Origin: Actinomycetota bacterium
GTDB lineage: Bacteria > Actinomycetota > Actinomycetes > Nanopelagicales > Nanopelagicaceae
Direction of reading: 5' to 3'
DNA length: 64,000 bases
Assembly: GCA_947372965.1 (NCBI GenBank)
Contig: CANBVR010000001.1
Location: 653-64,652 of the forward strand
The notes under the pieces are model-generated. The model did not search any database. It was not told where the DNA came from and saw only the letters and a program-made list of their open reading frames with translations. The position numbers and the translations under genes were made by a program. The first letter of the stretch is position 1; each line of letters opens with the position of its first letter. Below, piece by piece: positions 1 to 10,838 of this stretch.

Positions 1-154
1 AAGCTTTTGATGATTTTCAAAAGGGCTTGCTAGGTACCGTTCCAGCAGAACATCAAAGCCCAAAGCGCCCATTAAATAGATCGGGAGCAGGAACAAAATT
101 AGGCGGAGATATCCGTGATGTTCACGGCGCACCAAAAGATGTTGTTGAGGGAAA

Positions 155-1543
155 TTAAAGATTCTTTAGCGCGCTGACAACCTTGCCGAGTGATTCTTTC
201 GCATCACCGAACAAGAGTGAGGTCTTTGGGTCATAGAGAAGTTCATTCTCAATTCCCGCAAATCCTGGGCGCATTGAACGCTTTAAAAAGATTACATTTC
301 CAGCGCTAGCTACATCCAATATCGGCATTCCATAAATTGGACATCCCGGTGTGGTCTTTGCGGCTGGGTTAACAACGTCATTTGCACCAACAACTAGAAC
401 AACATCAGTTTGTGGGAATGTCGGATTAATTTCTTCCATCTCAACTAATTGCTCATAAGGAACATTAGCTTCTGCAAGAAGTACGTTCATGTGCCCTGGC
501 ATACGTCCAGCAACTGGGTGAATTCCATAGGCAACTTCCACGCCTTTTGCTGTAAGTAAATCAGCAAGCTCACGAACGGTGTGTTGTGCTTGGGCTACAG
601 CCAGGCCGAAGCCAGGAACTACGACTACGCGTTGGGCATAGTTGAGAAGAATTGCAACATCATCTGGTGAACTTGATTTAACTGAGCGAGTTTCGGTAAC
701 TCCAGTTGCGGCTTGAGGTTTTGCAGTGAAAGCACCAAAGAGCGTACCGAATAATGAACGTCCCATGGCATCAGCCATCAAGCGGGTAAGAATTGTTCCA
801 GATGCACCAACAAGTGTTCCGGCAACTATGAGCAGAGTTGATTGAAGTACGTAACCGCTGGCGGCAACTGTTAATCCAGTAAATGCATTAAGAAGCGAGA
901 TAACAATTGGCACATCGGCGCCGCCAACAGGAAGTACAAAGAGCACTCCGAACAGGAGTGAAAGACCGCCCATAATTAGAAGTGGGGTATTCCCACCAGA
1001 TGCAATTGTCCAACCGCCAGTAGCAAGAACTGCGGCTAAGGTGCCAGCGATTAAAAAGCGACCACCAGGAAATACAACTGGACGAGTTGTCATTAATTCT
1101 TGCAACTTCATAAAGGTAATAACTGAACCAGAGAAGGAGGTACAGCCAACAATTACGGTGAAAACGGTTGCAACAATATTTGCTTTAGAAGGTGTTCCTT
1201 CGGCGCTTAAGTTCAGATATTCAACGATGGCAACTAACGCTGCAGCCCCGCCACCAACACCATTAAATAGTGCTACTAGCTGTGGCATTTGTGTCATTTG
1301 AATCTTGCGCGCAGCTGGTACGCCAACAATGACGCCAAAAGCAATAGCCGCCAAGATTAAGAATGTGTTGTGATGTTTGGTTGAGCCAGGGTCAAAGAAG
1401 ACCACAACGGTCGCCACTGTGGCACCAATAGCACCGATTTGATTTCCGCGACGAGCAGTCTTCGGTGCCGAAAGGCCCTTAAGAGCCAAAATAAATGAAA
1501 CGGCAACACCAAGTCCAATGACGGCATAAAGATTAGCGTTCAT
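155..1543 (-). CDS. pntB: NAD(P) transhydrogenase subunit beta
   Basis: 462-aa protein with a polytopic membrane N-terminal part and a soluble C-terminal NADP(H)-binding domain (VVPGFGLAVAQAQH, GANDVVNPAA, GMPILDV). Its start overlaps the stop of the upstream alpha-2 gene (shared nt 1543). Confidence 0.9.
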   Translation of the reverse strand: MNANLYAVIGLGVAVSFILALKGLSAPKTARRGNQIGAIGATVATVVVFFDPGSTKHHNTFLILAAIAFGVIVGVPAARKIQMTQMPQLVALFNGVGGGAAALVAIVEYLNLSAEGTPSKANIVATVFTVIVGCTSFSGSVITFMKLQELMTTRPVVFPGGRFLIAGTLAAVLATGGWTIASGGNTPLLIMGGLSLLFGVLFVLPVGGADVPIVISLLNAFTGLTVAASGYVLQSTLLIVAGTLVGASGTILTRLMADAMGRSLFGTLFGAFTAKPQAATGVTETRSVKSSSPDDVAILLNYAQRVVVVPGFGLAVAQAQHTVRELADLLTAKGVEVAYGIHPVAGRMPGHMNVLLAEANVPYEQLVEMEEINPTFPQTDVVLVVGANDVVNPAAKTTPGCPIYGMPILDVASAGNVIFLKRSMRPGFAGIENELLYDPKTSLLFGDAKESLGKVVSALKNL

Positions 1544-1830
1544 TATTTCTTACCGCCTTTGCCTTTAAACATCTCTAGCATTCGATCGGTAACCACAAAT
1601 CCGCCAACCATATTTATCGTTGCAAGTACTACTGCGATTATAGAAAGTGAAGTCTCAAGTCCGGTGGTTGCCTTATCGGCTACCAGAATCGCACCAACGA
1701 GAATAATTCCGTGGATTGCATTTGCACCTGACATCAATGGAGTATGAAGCGTGGTTGAAACTTTCGAGACTACTTCAAATCCTACGAAAATCGAGAGAAC
1801 GAAGATGGTCAAAATTGCCATAGTTGTCAT
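1543..1830 (-). CDS. pntAB: NAD(P) transhydrogenase subunit alpha part 2 (membrane part)
   Basis: 95-aa hydrophobic protein with 3-4 TM segments, sitting between pntAA and pntB. It overlaps both neighbours by 1-4 nt. This is the typical split three-gene pnt arrangement. Confidence 0.85.
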   Translation of the reverse strand: MTTMAILTIFVLSIFVGFEVVSKVSTTLHTPLMSGANAIHGIILVGAILVADKATTGLETSLSIIAVVLATINMVGGFVVTDRMLEMFKGKGGKK

Positions 1831-2957
1831 TTCTTGCCCTCCGGTGTGCGACGTGATCCGCCGAATGCAAGTGTTGCAGCATCGATAATTTCATCTGAAA
1901 AATCAGGAACAATTTCACCAGTCGGTTTACCATCGACGCTCTTTGCCATAAGAAGTAGAAGGTTTACGACATTTCGTGAGAACAACATCGAAGCGTGGTA
2001 CGGAAGTTGGCTTGGAACATCTTTGCCACCCCAAATTACTACGCCGTTTGAAGTTGTAATTGTTTCACCCGGCTTTGAACCTTCAACGTTTCCGCCAGTT
2101 TCTGCCGCAAGGTCAACAACCACAGAGCCTGATTTCATTGCTGAAACCATCTCGCCAGTTACGAGTCTTGGTGCTGGGCGGCCTGGAACTGCTGCAGTAG
2201 TGATTACAACATCGGCAGCTGCAAGGTAAGGCGTTAGAAGTTCACGCTGCTTTGCTGCGCGCTCTTCGGTCATTTCGCGGGCATATCCGCCAGCGCCTTC
2301 AAGAGCTTCAAGTTCTAAGGTAATGAACTTTGCACCCATTGATTTAACTTCGTCGGCTGAAGATGGGCGCACATCGTAAGCACTTACGACCGCGCCTAAT
2401 CTCTTTGCAGTTGCAATCGCTTGCAATCCAGCAACACCCGCGCCGAGTACAACTACTTGTGCGGGAGTTACAGTTCCTGCGGCAGTCATTAGAAGTGGAA
2501 AGAATCTTGGTGATAATTCGGCTCCAATAAGCGATGCACGATACCCAGCACAAAGTGCTTGTGAAGTAAGTGCGTCCATTGATTGTGCACGAGAGATACG
2601 TGGCACCAATTCAAGGGAGAGGGCAGTTACGCCAGCACTTGCCGCCGCTTCGATGGAATCAATAGAAGTTGTTGGAGATAAGAATGAGATTGTTAGTGCG
2701 CCTTTTTTAAGGGATTTGAATTGTTCTGGCGTAAGTGGTGAAACAGCAGCGACAACATCAGCATCAGCAATAACGTTTCCACTTTTAACACTCGCACCAG
2801 CGGCGGTGTATTCGGCATCAGTAAATCCCGATGCAGCACCAGCGCCTGTTTCAATCACAACTTCAAGGCCAGCTTTTGTTAGTTTTGAAATGATGTCGGG
2901 AACTAGTGCTACTCGCTTTTCACCAGCCCGAATCTCTTTGGCAACGGAAATTCGCAT
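1827..2957 (-). CDS. pntAA: NAD(P) transhydrogenase subunit alpha part 1 (alanine-dehydrogenase-like dI domain)
   Basis: 376 aa with Rossmann motif VVVLGAGVAGLQAI and an AlaDH/PNT-like N-terminus (MRISVAKEIRAGEKRVALVP). Confidence 0.9.
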   Translation of the reverse strand: MRISVAKEIRAGEKRVALVPDIISKLTKAGLEVVIETGAGAASGFTDAEYTAAGASVKSGNVIADADVVAAVSPLTPEQFKSLKKGALTISFLSPTTSIDSIEAAASAGVTALSLELVPRISRAQSMDALTSQALCAGYRASLIGAELSPRFFPLLMTAAGTVTPAQVVVLGAGVAGLQAIATAKRLGAVVSAYDVRPSSADEVKSMGAKFITLELEALEGAGGYAREMTEERAAKQRELLTPYLAAADVVITTAAVPGRPAPRLVTGEMVSAMKSGSVVVDLAAETGGNVEGSKPGETITTSNGVVIWGGKDVPSQLPYHASMLFSRNVVNLLLLMAKSVDGKPTGEIVPDFSDEIIDAATLAFGGSRRTPEGKK

Positions 2958-3010
2958 CTTCGAAGGCTAATACCTAAGTGCCCTTAGAGATAGCCAATTT
3001 GGGTTAAGTC

Positions 3011-3952
3011 TTAAATGTTACCCATCAGTTCACCGCGATTTAAATGGTAAAGAATTGCTTGGATCGTCGTGCGGCGGTGGTATGCCTCGCGCCAGACCAC
3101 AGACTTGGGTCCATCAATTACCTCTGCCGATACCTCTTCGCCTCTGTGGGCAGGTAAGCAATGCATAAAGATGGAATCAGAGCTAGCCAAATCCATCAAA
3201 TTCTTTGTAATAGCAAATGGTGCCAGTGCCTTTAATTTTTCAGAGCGAACTTCTTCCGGATCTCCCATCGACATCCAAACATCGGAGTAGATAACAGAAG
3301 AGCCTTTTGCAGCGCCTTCTGGATCGGTTAGAACTTCGATCTTTCCTCCGGATGAGGCCGCAATCCTTTGCGCTGTTGCGATTGCATCTGCTTTGGGGGC
3401 CCATTTCCCACCGGGAGTTGCGACAACAACATGTGCGCCAAGTATTGCTCCCATGGTCATCCAAGCGTTGGCCATATTGTTACCATCGCCGATATAAGTA
3501 AATTTGCGCCCAGAAATATCTTTACCGAATACTTCGCGAATTGTAATCCAGTCAGCAAGCAGCTGGGTTGGATGATCATCGTCAGTTAGGGCGTTGATAA
3601 CTGGAATTGTTGCCCATTTACCAAGCTCTTCGACATCACTTTGCGCAAAGGTGCGAACAATAAGAGCGCTGGCAAAGCCTGAAATTACTCGGGCAGTATC
3701 TGCAATTGTTTCACCGCGGCCAATTTGTAAGTCATCACCTCGAAGAAACATCGGGTGGCCACCAAGGTGGGCAACTGCAGTTTCTGATGCAAGTCTGGTT
3801 CGAGTTGATGATTTGGTCATATAGATAGCAACACTTTGATTTGCTAACGCACCACTAGAGCGAAGCGGGTTTTTAGCAAAATCTGCAGCGGTATCTAGGA
3901 GTAGTTCGACATCGGCGCGACTCAGATCAGCGGTACGAAGGAGATCTTTCAT
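3011..3952 (-). CDS. argF: ornithine carbamoyltransferase
   Basis: Motifs STRTR (carbamoyl-P binding), HPTQ, SDVWMSMG and HCLPAHRGEE. I moved the start to the internal ATG at 3950-3952 (MKDLLRTADLS), because the upstream 19 codons of the tracked ORF look non-native. Confidence 0.85.
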   Translation of the reverse strand: MKDLLRTADLSRADVELLLDTAADFAKNPLRSSGALANQSVAIYMTKSSTRTRLASETAVAHLGGHPMFLRGDDLQIGRGETIADTARVISGFASALIVRTFAQSDVEELGKWATIPVINALTDDDHPTQLLADWITIREVFGKDISGRKFTYIGDGNNMANAWMTMGAILGAHVVVATPGGKWAPKADAIATAQRIAASSGGKIEVLTDPEGAAKGSSVIYSDVWMSMGDPEEVRSEKLKALAPFAITKNLMDLASSDSIFMHCLPAHRGEEVSAEVIDGPKSVVWREAYHRRTTIQAILYHLNRGELMGNI

Positions 3953-3974
3953 TACGCAATAGTAAAGTAAGTAC

Positions 3975-4253
3975 ATGGGGATTTTTACTCGTAAAGGCTC
4001 AGATGGCAATGGGGTTGGTTTAGAGCCCTTTTCCGATCTCTTGACCGAAGACGATACCCGCCTAACTATTGATGAAGGCGATCACGAACGCTTCTCGCAC
4101 TATGTCCGCAAAGAAAAAATCGTCGAATCGGCTGTTACTGGCAAGCCAGTCCGAGCTCTCTGTGGAAAGAAATGGGTTCCGAGTCGCGATCCGGAAAAGT
4201 TTCCAATCTGCCCGATGTGCAAGAAAATTTATGAAGATCTCAAGCACGATTAG
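3975..4253 (+). CDS. DUF3039-family small conserved actinobacterial protein
   Basis: 92 aa with the characteristic ERFSHYVRK...[27 protein letters not shown] zinc-ribbon-like C-terminus. Confidence 0.7.
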   Translation: MGIFTRKGSDGNGVGLEPFSDLLTEDDTRLTIDEGDHERFSHYVRKEKIVESAVTGKPVRALCGKKWVPSRDPEKFPICPMCKKIYEDLKHD

Positions 4254-6027
4254 ATTCAAACGCACTTTTGCCTCACTCTTTGTAAGTGCCCTTTGTCTTG
4301 TACAACTGCTCTCGCCACTTCTATCTGAAAAGGCGCTCGCGGTTGAGGATAAACAACCAAGAAAGATTCTCTCTGGGTGGCTAACTGATTACAGCACCTA
4401 TGGTGATACCTCCAAAGGCCAGATACAAGGAATTGATTTTGTTGCCGCGCATGCAGAGCTTTACCAACAGGTACATCCATTCTGGTTTAACTTAAAGAGT
4501 GAGAGTTTAATTCAAGACAAATACGTAACAACTAATTCAATTCCTATGGATGTACCAATTGCAACCTTGAAAAGTCTTGGCATCAAACTTCTTCCAACTA
4601 TTACAGATGGAACTGCAAAAGGTGCACTATCTTCAATCTTAAGTAAGGACTCAACTAGGGCAACACTTATAAAGACGATCGTAGATTTAATTAACTCAAA
4701 AGGATTTGATGGTATCGATTTAGATTTTGAAGGGTTCGCCTTTGTCGATGCCAACACAACTTGGCCCACGATTCAACCTCGCTGGGTTAAATTCATTCAA
4801 GAACTATCTGCTGTTCTACATGCCCAAGGCAAACTCTTATCTGTTGATACGCCAGTTTTATTTGATCCGACAACTGGCAAGAAGGGCTATTACTTTTACG
4901 CTTGGAAAGAGATCGGTACTTATATCGATCGTTTAAATATCATGGCTTATGACTACCGATCTAAAACAAGTGGAGCTGGACCAAATGCGCCAATAACTTG
5001 GTTTGAGCCGGCAATTAATTATGCGATTGCATCAATGCCATCTTGGAAGATTTTTATAGGAACGCCAAATTATGGATACAACTGGGTTACACGAGTTGTT
5101 GGAGTTTGCCCGATGGATGTATCTGCAAGTGAATCGGTCGCTGCAGGTGGAGCAATAGTTCATCAAAATAGAATTGCACCAATTCTGGCAAAGCCTGGCG
5201 CAACTGTTACCTTCAGTCCCGCCTACGGAGAGACAAACATTGTTTATCAAAGCACCTTTAATGGCGTCACCAAAGCTGGCGCGAACACAAGTTGTACGAC
5301 TACCCATTCCGTTTGGTATGTCGATGCCCAGGGTTACACCGCACGCGCAAACTTAGTTGCAAAATATCAACTTGGTGGCATGAGTGAATGGGAAATTGGC
5401 TATGGAGATGCAACTGCTGCTGATGCAGTTAAAGCTGTTGCATTAGCCCTTGGCCAATATCGAGTATCGCTGGTCTTTAATACGGCGAAAGAGCGAGTTA
5501 ACTTTGGTGAAGGTACCTTATTTAATGGAACTTTCACGTTGACAGATGGCCGCCCGGTAGCAAACGTTCCAATTTTCGCCCAAATTACCCGACCAAGCGG
5601 AACTTCAAGAAAACAAATCGCAGTATCAGGAAATAACGGCGAGTTCAGCACTTCATTGATTCTTGGAAGCAGTGCGCAAATCTCATTTAGTACGGATGAA
5701 ACTTCGGATCGATTAGCCGGAACTACAACCTCTAAAAATATTGATGTTGTGCCTTTGATCTCTTGGAATTGCCCAACCTCTATGAAAATCGGAGCCAGCT
5801 ATTTAATAACTGGACAGGTGCAACCTAGATCCGCTGGGACGATTATCGCGCTTTCTGTCGACGGACAGGCAGTCTCGGGCGCGCAGAGTACGAGCGATGA
5901 GACTGGCAAATTTACAATTGCGTATTCATCAAAGTTGCCAGGCGCACACAAATTGAAGTTAACTGCAGCGCAGGGAACATCTTCAATTCAAGGCGAGTCC
6001 CAATCTTTTTCAGTTTTAGTACGGTAG
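4231..6027 (+). CDS. secreted glycoside hydrolase family 18 (chitinase-like) protein with C-terminal beta-rich/Ig-like region
   Basis: GH18 catalytic motif [13 protein letters not shown] (DxxDxDxE). A signal-peptide-like N-terminus follows the ATG at 4231 ([37 protein letters not shown]). The ~190-aa C-terminal Ser/Thr/Gly-rich segment looks like a beta-sandwich. The tracked ORF start at 4069 lies inside the DUF3039 gene and was rejected. Confidence 0.75.
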   Translation: MKISSTIRFKRTFASLFVSALCLVQLLSPLLSEKALAVEDKQPRKILSGWLTDYSTYGDTSKGQIQGIDFVAAHAELYQQVHPFWFNLKSESLIQDKYVTTNSIPMDVPIATLKSLGIKLLPTITDGTAKGALSSILSKDSTRATLIKTIVDLINSKGFDGIDLDFEGFAFVDANTTWPTIQPRWVKFIQELSAVLHAQGKLLSVDTPVLFDPTTGKKGYYFYAWKEIGTYIDRLNIMAYDYRSKTSGAGPNAPITWFEPAINYAIASMPSWKIFIGTPNYGYNWVTRVVGVCPMDVSASESVAAGGAIVHQNRIAPILAKPGATVTFSPAYGETNIVYQSTFNGVTKAGANTSCTTTHSVWYVDAQGYTARANLVAKYQLGGMSEWEIGYGDATAADAVKAVALALGQYRVSLVFNTAKERVNFGEGTLFNGTFTLTDGRPVANVPIFAQITRPSGTSRKQIAVSGNNGEFSTSLILGSSAQISFSTDETSDRLAGTTTSKNIDVVPLISWNCPTSMKIGASYLITGQVQPRSAGTIIALSVDGQAVSGAQSTSDETGKFTIAYSSKLPGAHKLKLTAAQGTSSIQGESQSFSVLVR

Positions 6028-6031
6028 CCCA

Positions 6032-6319
6032 ATGGCAAAGATTCTTGAGAGCCCAGAGTTGAGCATTGATCAACTCATTGATCGTCCTTGGGTGACGATC
6101 GTTTGGGATGATCCAGTTAATCTCATGAACTATGTAACTCATGTATTCATAAAACTCTTTGGGTTTTCTAAAGAGCGAGCCCATGAATTAATGATGCAGG
6201 TACATACTGAAGGGCGCGCCGTAGTTTCTTCTGGTACGCGCGAAGAGATGGAGCGTGATGTTCAACGACTTCACGAGCATGGTTTGTGGGCCACGCTTCA
6301 AAGAGATGACAAGATATAG
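6032..6319 (+). CDS. clpS: ATP-dependent Clp protease adaptor ClpS
   Basis: 95 aa with the core [20 protein letters not shown]...[14 protein letters not shown], typical of ClpS. Confidence 0.9.
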   Translation: MAKILESPELSIDQLIDRPWVTIVWDDPVNLMNYVTHVFIKLFGFSKERAHELMMQVHTEGRAVVSSGTREEMERDVQRLHEHGLWATLQRDDKI

Positions 6320-6871
6320 ATGTCTAATTTTGAGAAGATAAATGGAGCCTTTACTCTAGATTTAACTTTAGATGAAGCACAGATATTAATAAATCTTGCA
6401 GAGCAGCTACTTGAATTATTAGGTGAGGGAGATTTCTTCCACCACTATTACAGTTCTGACCCTTTGGCACAGCTACTTGCGATGCCTGCAGAGATAGTTA
6501 CACCAGAAGACCCCGTTTTACTTCGCTTGCTTCCAAATGCATATGCCGATCCCGAAGCCGCTTCTGATTTTCGCAGATATACCGAACCACAATTGCGCGG
6601 CTCAAAGCAGCGTAACTTGCGATTGATTCGCGAAGAACTAACGATTTTGGTAGATGAAAATCATGGGGGAGTTATTGAAAATATTGATCCAGATATTTGG
6701 CTAAAGGCGCTAAATGATTTGCGTATCGCCCTTTCAGTTAGATTAGAGATCACTGAAGAAAGTTTCGAGAAATTTGAAATGATGCCAGATGATGAACCAG
6801 CGAAATCGGTTCATGCCGTCTACTACTGGCTTGGTTGGTTACAAGAAAACTTGTTAGAGTCACTCACATGA
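6320..6871 (+). CDS. DUF2017-family protein (conserved clpS neighbour in Actinomycetota)
   Basis: 183-aa acidic protein located directly after clpS and before mec, as in mycobacteria. The call rests on position and general resemblance only. Confidence 0.55.
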   Translation: MSNFEKINGAFTLDLTLDEAQILINLAEQLLELLGEGDFFHHYYSSDPLAQLLAMPAEIVTPEDPVLLRLLPNAYADPEAASDFRRYTEPQLRGSKQRNLRLIREELTILVDENHGGVIENIDPDIWLKALNDLRIALSVRLEITEESFEKFEMMPDDEPAKSVHAVYYWLGWLQENLLESLT

Positions 6872-7290
6872 CCCTTCGGATTTTGCAACGAGATGTAGAT
6901 GCAATTGTTGCTCAATCGAGAGCCGAGTACCCAGATGAGTGTTGCGGGGTAATACTTGGTCCGATTGGCTCCGATCTAGCAAACCGCCTAAAGCCGATGG
7001 TTAACGCTGCACATTCACCAACTTTTTATGAGTTTGACTCAAAAGATTTACTGGCGCTTTATCGCGAGGCTGATGAAAATGACGAAGAGTTAGTAGTCAT
7101 TTATCACTCTCATACAGAGACCGAGGCTTATCCATCTAGGACTGACATTGCTTATGCCTCTGAACCAAATGCCCATTACGTCTTAGTCTCTACACGCAAA
7201 GAACTTGCATCTAGCTATGAATTGCGCTCGTACCGAATTATCGATGGGGAAGTTACTGAAGAACCGGTTGAAATTCTTCTCGATTGGTAA
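6868..7290 (+). CDS. mec: JAMM/MPN+ metalloprotease Mec (CysO-processing)
   Basis: JAMM motif HSHTETEAYPSRTD, with upstream ECCG and E residues. The ATG at 6868 overlaps the stop of the upstream gene (ATGA). It sits immediately upstream of cysO-cysM. Confidence 0.85.
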   Translation: MTLRILQRDVDAIVAQSRAEYPDECCGVILGPIGSDLANRLKPMVNAAHSPTFYEFDSKDLLALYREADENDEELVVIYHSHTETEAYPSRTDIAYASEPNAHYVLVSTRKELASSYELRSYRIIDGEVTEEPVEILLDW

Positions 7291-7319
7291 GTATTTACTT
7301 CTTCTAGGATAATAAAGCC

Positions 7320-8560
<1,241 letters not shown>

Positions 8561-8579
8561 CCTTAGATAGACTTCTTCG

Positions 8580-9386
8580 GTGAGTTCACCGAAAATAACT
8601 AAAGAGTCACCAATTGGTATTTTCGACTCTGGTGTAGGTGGCTTAACAGTTGCACGATCAATTATTGATCAATTACCTGGTGAATCAATTCTTTATGTTG
8701 GCGATACTGCCCGCGGACCTTATGGACCACGACCTCTTGCCGAGGTTCGAACTTTTGCTCTAGAAATTCTTGATCAATTAGTTGCAGCGGGATGTAAGGC
8801 GATTGTTATTGCTTGTAACACCGCAAGTGCTGCGATGCTTCGCGATGCTCGCGAACGTTATGACATTCCGGTTCTCGAAGTTATCCAACCTGCCGCCAGG
8901 CGCGCCGTTTCGGCATCGCGATCTGGAAATGTTGGTGTGATTGGTACAAACGCCACAATCGAGTCAGGTGCTTACCTGGATGCTTTTGCTGCTGCGCCAC
9001 AGTTAAATATTTCTTCTGTCGCCTGCCCACTCTTTGTTGAATTTGTTGAACGTGGCGAGACTTCGGGCGCACAAATTACAAAGATTGCTAAAGACTATCT
9101 ACAACCTTTAATTGATAAGAAAATCGATACTTTAGTCCTCGGTTGTACGCACTACCCACTTCTTACCGGCGTTATCTCCTATGTAATGGGTAATGAAGTA
9201 ACTCTTGTCTCGAGCGCTGAGGAGACCGCTAAGGATCTTTACCGAACGCTGGTCGAAAAGGATTTACTCAACCTCTCAGGTCACCCAACCTATAAATTTG
9301 TTTCAACAGGGGAGAGCGAACTCTTCACAGGACTAGCTCGTAGATTCTTAGGTCCTGAAGTTGGCAAAGTCGAACGATCCATTTAA
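8580..9386 (+). CDS. murI: glutamate racemase
   Basis: Motifs [20 protein letters not shown] and LGCTHYPLL (the two catalytic Cys regions). Confidence 0.9.
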   Translation: MSSPKITKESPIGIFDSGVGGLTVARSIIDQLPGESILYVGDTARGPYGPRPLAEVRTFALEILDQLVAAGCKAIVIACNTASAAMLRDARERYDIPVLEVIQPAARRAVSASRSGNVGVIGTNATIESGAYLDAFAAAPQLNISSVACPLFVEFVERGETSGAQITKIAKDYLQPLIDKKIDTLVLGCTHYPLLTGVISYVMGNEVTLVSSAEETAKDLYRTLVEKDLLNLSGHPTYKFVSTGESELFTGLARRFLGPEVGKVERSI

Positions 9387-9421
9387 TTTATTATCAATTA
9401 ATTATCAATAAGGGGAAAAAG

Positions 9422-10153
9422 ATGTCAGCATCAAGAATTGATGGACGTACGTCAGACCAACTACGTCAAGTTAAGTTCACTCGCAATTGGCTCAACAACG
9501 CAGAAGGTTCGGTCCTAGTTGAATTCGGCAACACTCGAGTACTTTGCGTCGCCTCGTTTACACCAGGTGTCCCACGTTGGCTAACCGGCAAAGGGAAAGG
9601 TTGGGTCACCTCTGAGTATGCAATGTTGCCACGTGCTACGCACTCACGTTCAGATCGTGAAAGTGTTAAAGGAAAACTTGGAGGTCGTACTCAAGAAATT
9701 TCTCGTTTAGTTGGAAGATCACTTCGCGCAGTCGTTGATATGGATGTGCTTGGCGAAAATACAATTGTTATTGACTGTGATGTTCTTCAAGCAGATGGTG
9801 GAACTCGTACCGCTTCAATAACTGGAGCTTACGTTGCACTGTCAGATGCAATTACTTGGGCGAAGAAGCAAGGCCACGTTGGGGCAAATAAGAACCCGTT
9901 AGCACAGGGTGTTTCGGCGATAAGTGTTGGAATTATTAATGGCGTGCCAATGCTTGATCTTTGTTATGAAGAAGATGTAACTGCCGATACAGATATGAAT
10001 ATTGTGTGCACTGAAGATGGCAATTTCGTAGAAGTCCAAGGAACTGCCGAAGGAAAACCTTTTGATCGGGCGCTACTTAATCAACTTCTCGACCTTGGCA
10101 CCAAGGGCTGCAAAGAACTTGATTCCCTACAAAAAGCAGCGCTTTCAATTTAA
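9422..10153 (+). CDS. rph: ribonuclease PH
   Basis: 243 aa with RIDGR...[25 protein letters not shown] and [18 protein letters not shown]. Confidence 0.92.
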   Translation: MSASRIDGRTSDQLRQVKFTRNWLNNAEGSVLVEFGNTRVLCVASFTPGVPRWLTGKGKGWVTSEYAMLPRATHSRSDRESVKGKLGGRTQEISRLVGRSLRAVVDMDVLGENTIVIDCDVLQADGGTRTASITGAYVALSDAITWAKKQGHVGANKNPLAQGVSAISVGIINGVPMLDLCYEEDVTADTDMNIVCTEDGNFVEVQGTAEGKPFDRALLNQLLDLGTKGCKELDSLQKAALSI

Positions 10154-10157
10154 AAAG

Positions 10158-10772
10158 ATGCGCCAAATAGTTTTAGCCACACAAAACAAAGGCAAGATCA
10201 AAGAGTTTGAACGTTTACTTGCGGAATACGCAAGAGACATTCAAGTACTTGGGTTGGCAGAATTTCCTAATTTACCTGACGTTGAAGAGACCGGAAGAAC
10301 TTTTGTTGAGAACTCCTTATTAAAGTCGCGCGAAGTAAGTGCGTTCACTGGCCTTCCAGCAATTGCTGATGACAGTGGACTTTGTATTGACTATTTAAAT
10401 GGCGAACCAGGAATTTATTCAGCAAGGTGGTCAGGTGTTCACGGGGATGATCAAGCAAATATCGAAAAAGCACTTCGCGAATTGGCTGGGCTAAGCGATG
10501 TTGATCGGGGCGCTGAATTTCGGTGTGCGGTTTCACTTGTATTTCCTTCTGGGCACCAAAACTTTGGCTTAGAAATAATTGAGGAGGGTGAGTTGCGAGG
10601 GAGCATTACACACCAGCCACGAGGTTCAGCAGGCTTTGGCTATGACCCAATTTTCCAGCCGGCAGGACAAGAGCTAACGCTAGGAGAATTCGCTCAAGGC
10701 GAGAAAGATAAAATTAGTCACCGCGGGCGAGCGATGCGCAAAATCGCGCCACGACTGAGTGAGTCAATCTAG
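10158..10772 (+). CDS. rdgB: non-canonical purine NTP pyrophosphatase (RdgB/HAM1)
   Basis: IVLATQNKGKIKEF, ADDSGLCIDYLNGEPGIYSARW, FGYDPIF and ISHRGRA. I placed the start at the ATG at 10158, just after the rph stop. The tracked ORF start at 10062 lies inside rph. Confidence 0.9.
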   Translation: MRQIVLATQNKGKIKEFERLLAEYARDIQVLGLAEFPNLPDVEETGRTFVENSLLKSREVSAFTGLPAIADDSGLCIDYLNGEPGIYSARWSGVHGDDQANIEKALRELAGLSDVDRGAEFRCAVSLVFPSGHQNFGLEIIEEGELRGSITHQPRGSAGFGYDPIFQPAGQELTLGEFAQGEKDKISHRGRAMRKIAPRLSESI

Positions 10773-10838
10773 CCCAACTTGAACGCGGCTCTCCTGCGCT
10801 ATCCTTATACTTGTAAATCCATCTGAAGGAGTTTAAAA

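Noticed and set aside
3-158. Frame open from the window edge to TAA at 156-158 on the plus strand (51 codons, ...GAPKDVVEGN-stop)
   Set aside because: It could be the 3' end of a gene convergent with pntB, but it is too short and featureless to identify, so I did not report it as a feature.
3953-4009. 19-codon N-terminal extension of argF in the ORF track
   Set aside because: The extension (MPSEPLRVKIPMYLLYYCV) is unlike OTC N-termini and overlaps the divergent DUF3039 start region. The internal Met gives the family-typical start MKDLL(R)xxDLS.
4069-4230. Upstream extension of the GH18 ORF
   Set aside because: It lies within the DUF3039 coding sequence in another frame. The signal peptide begins only at the ATG at 4231.
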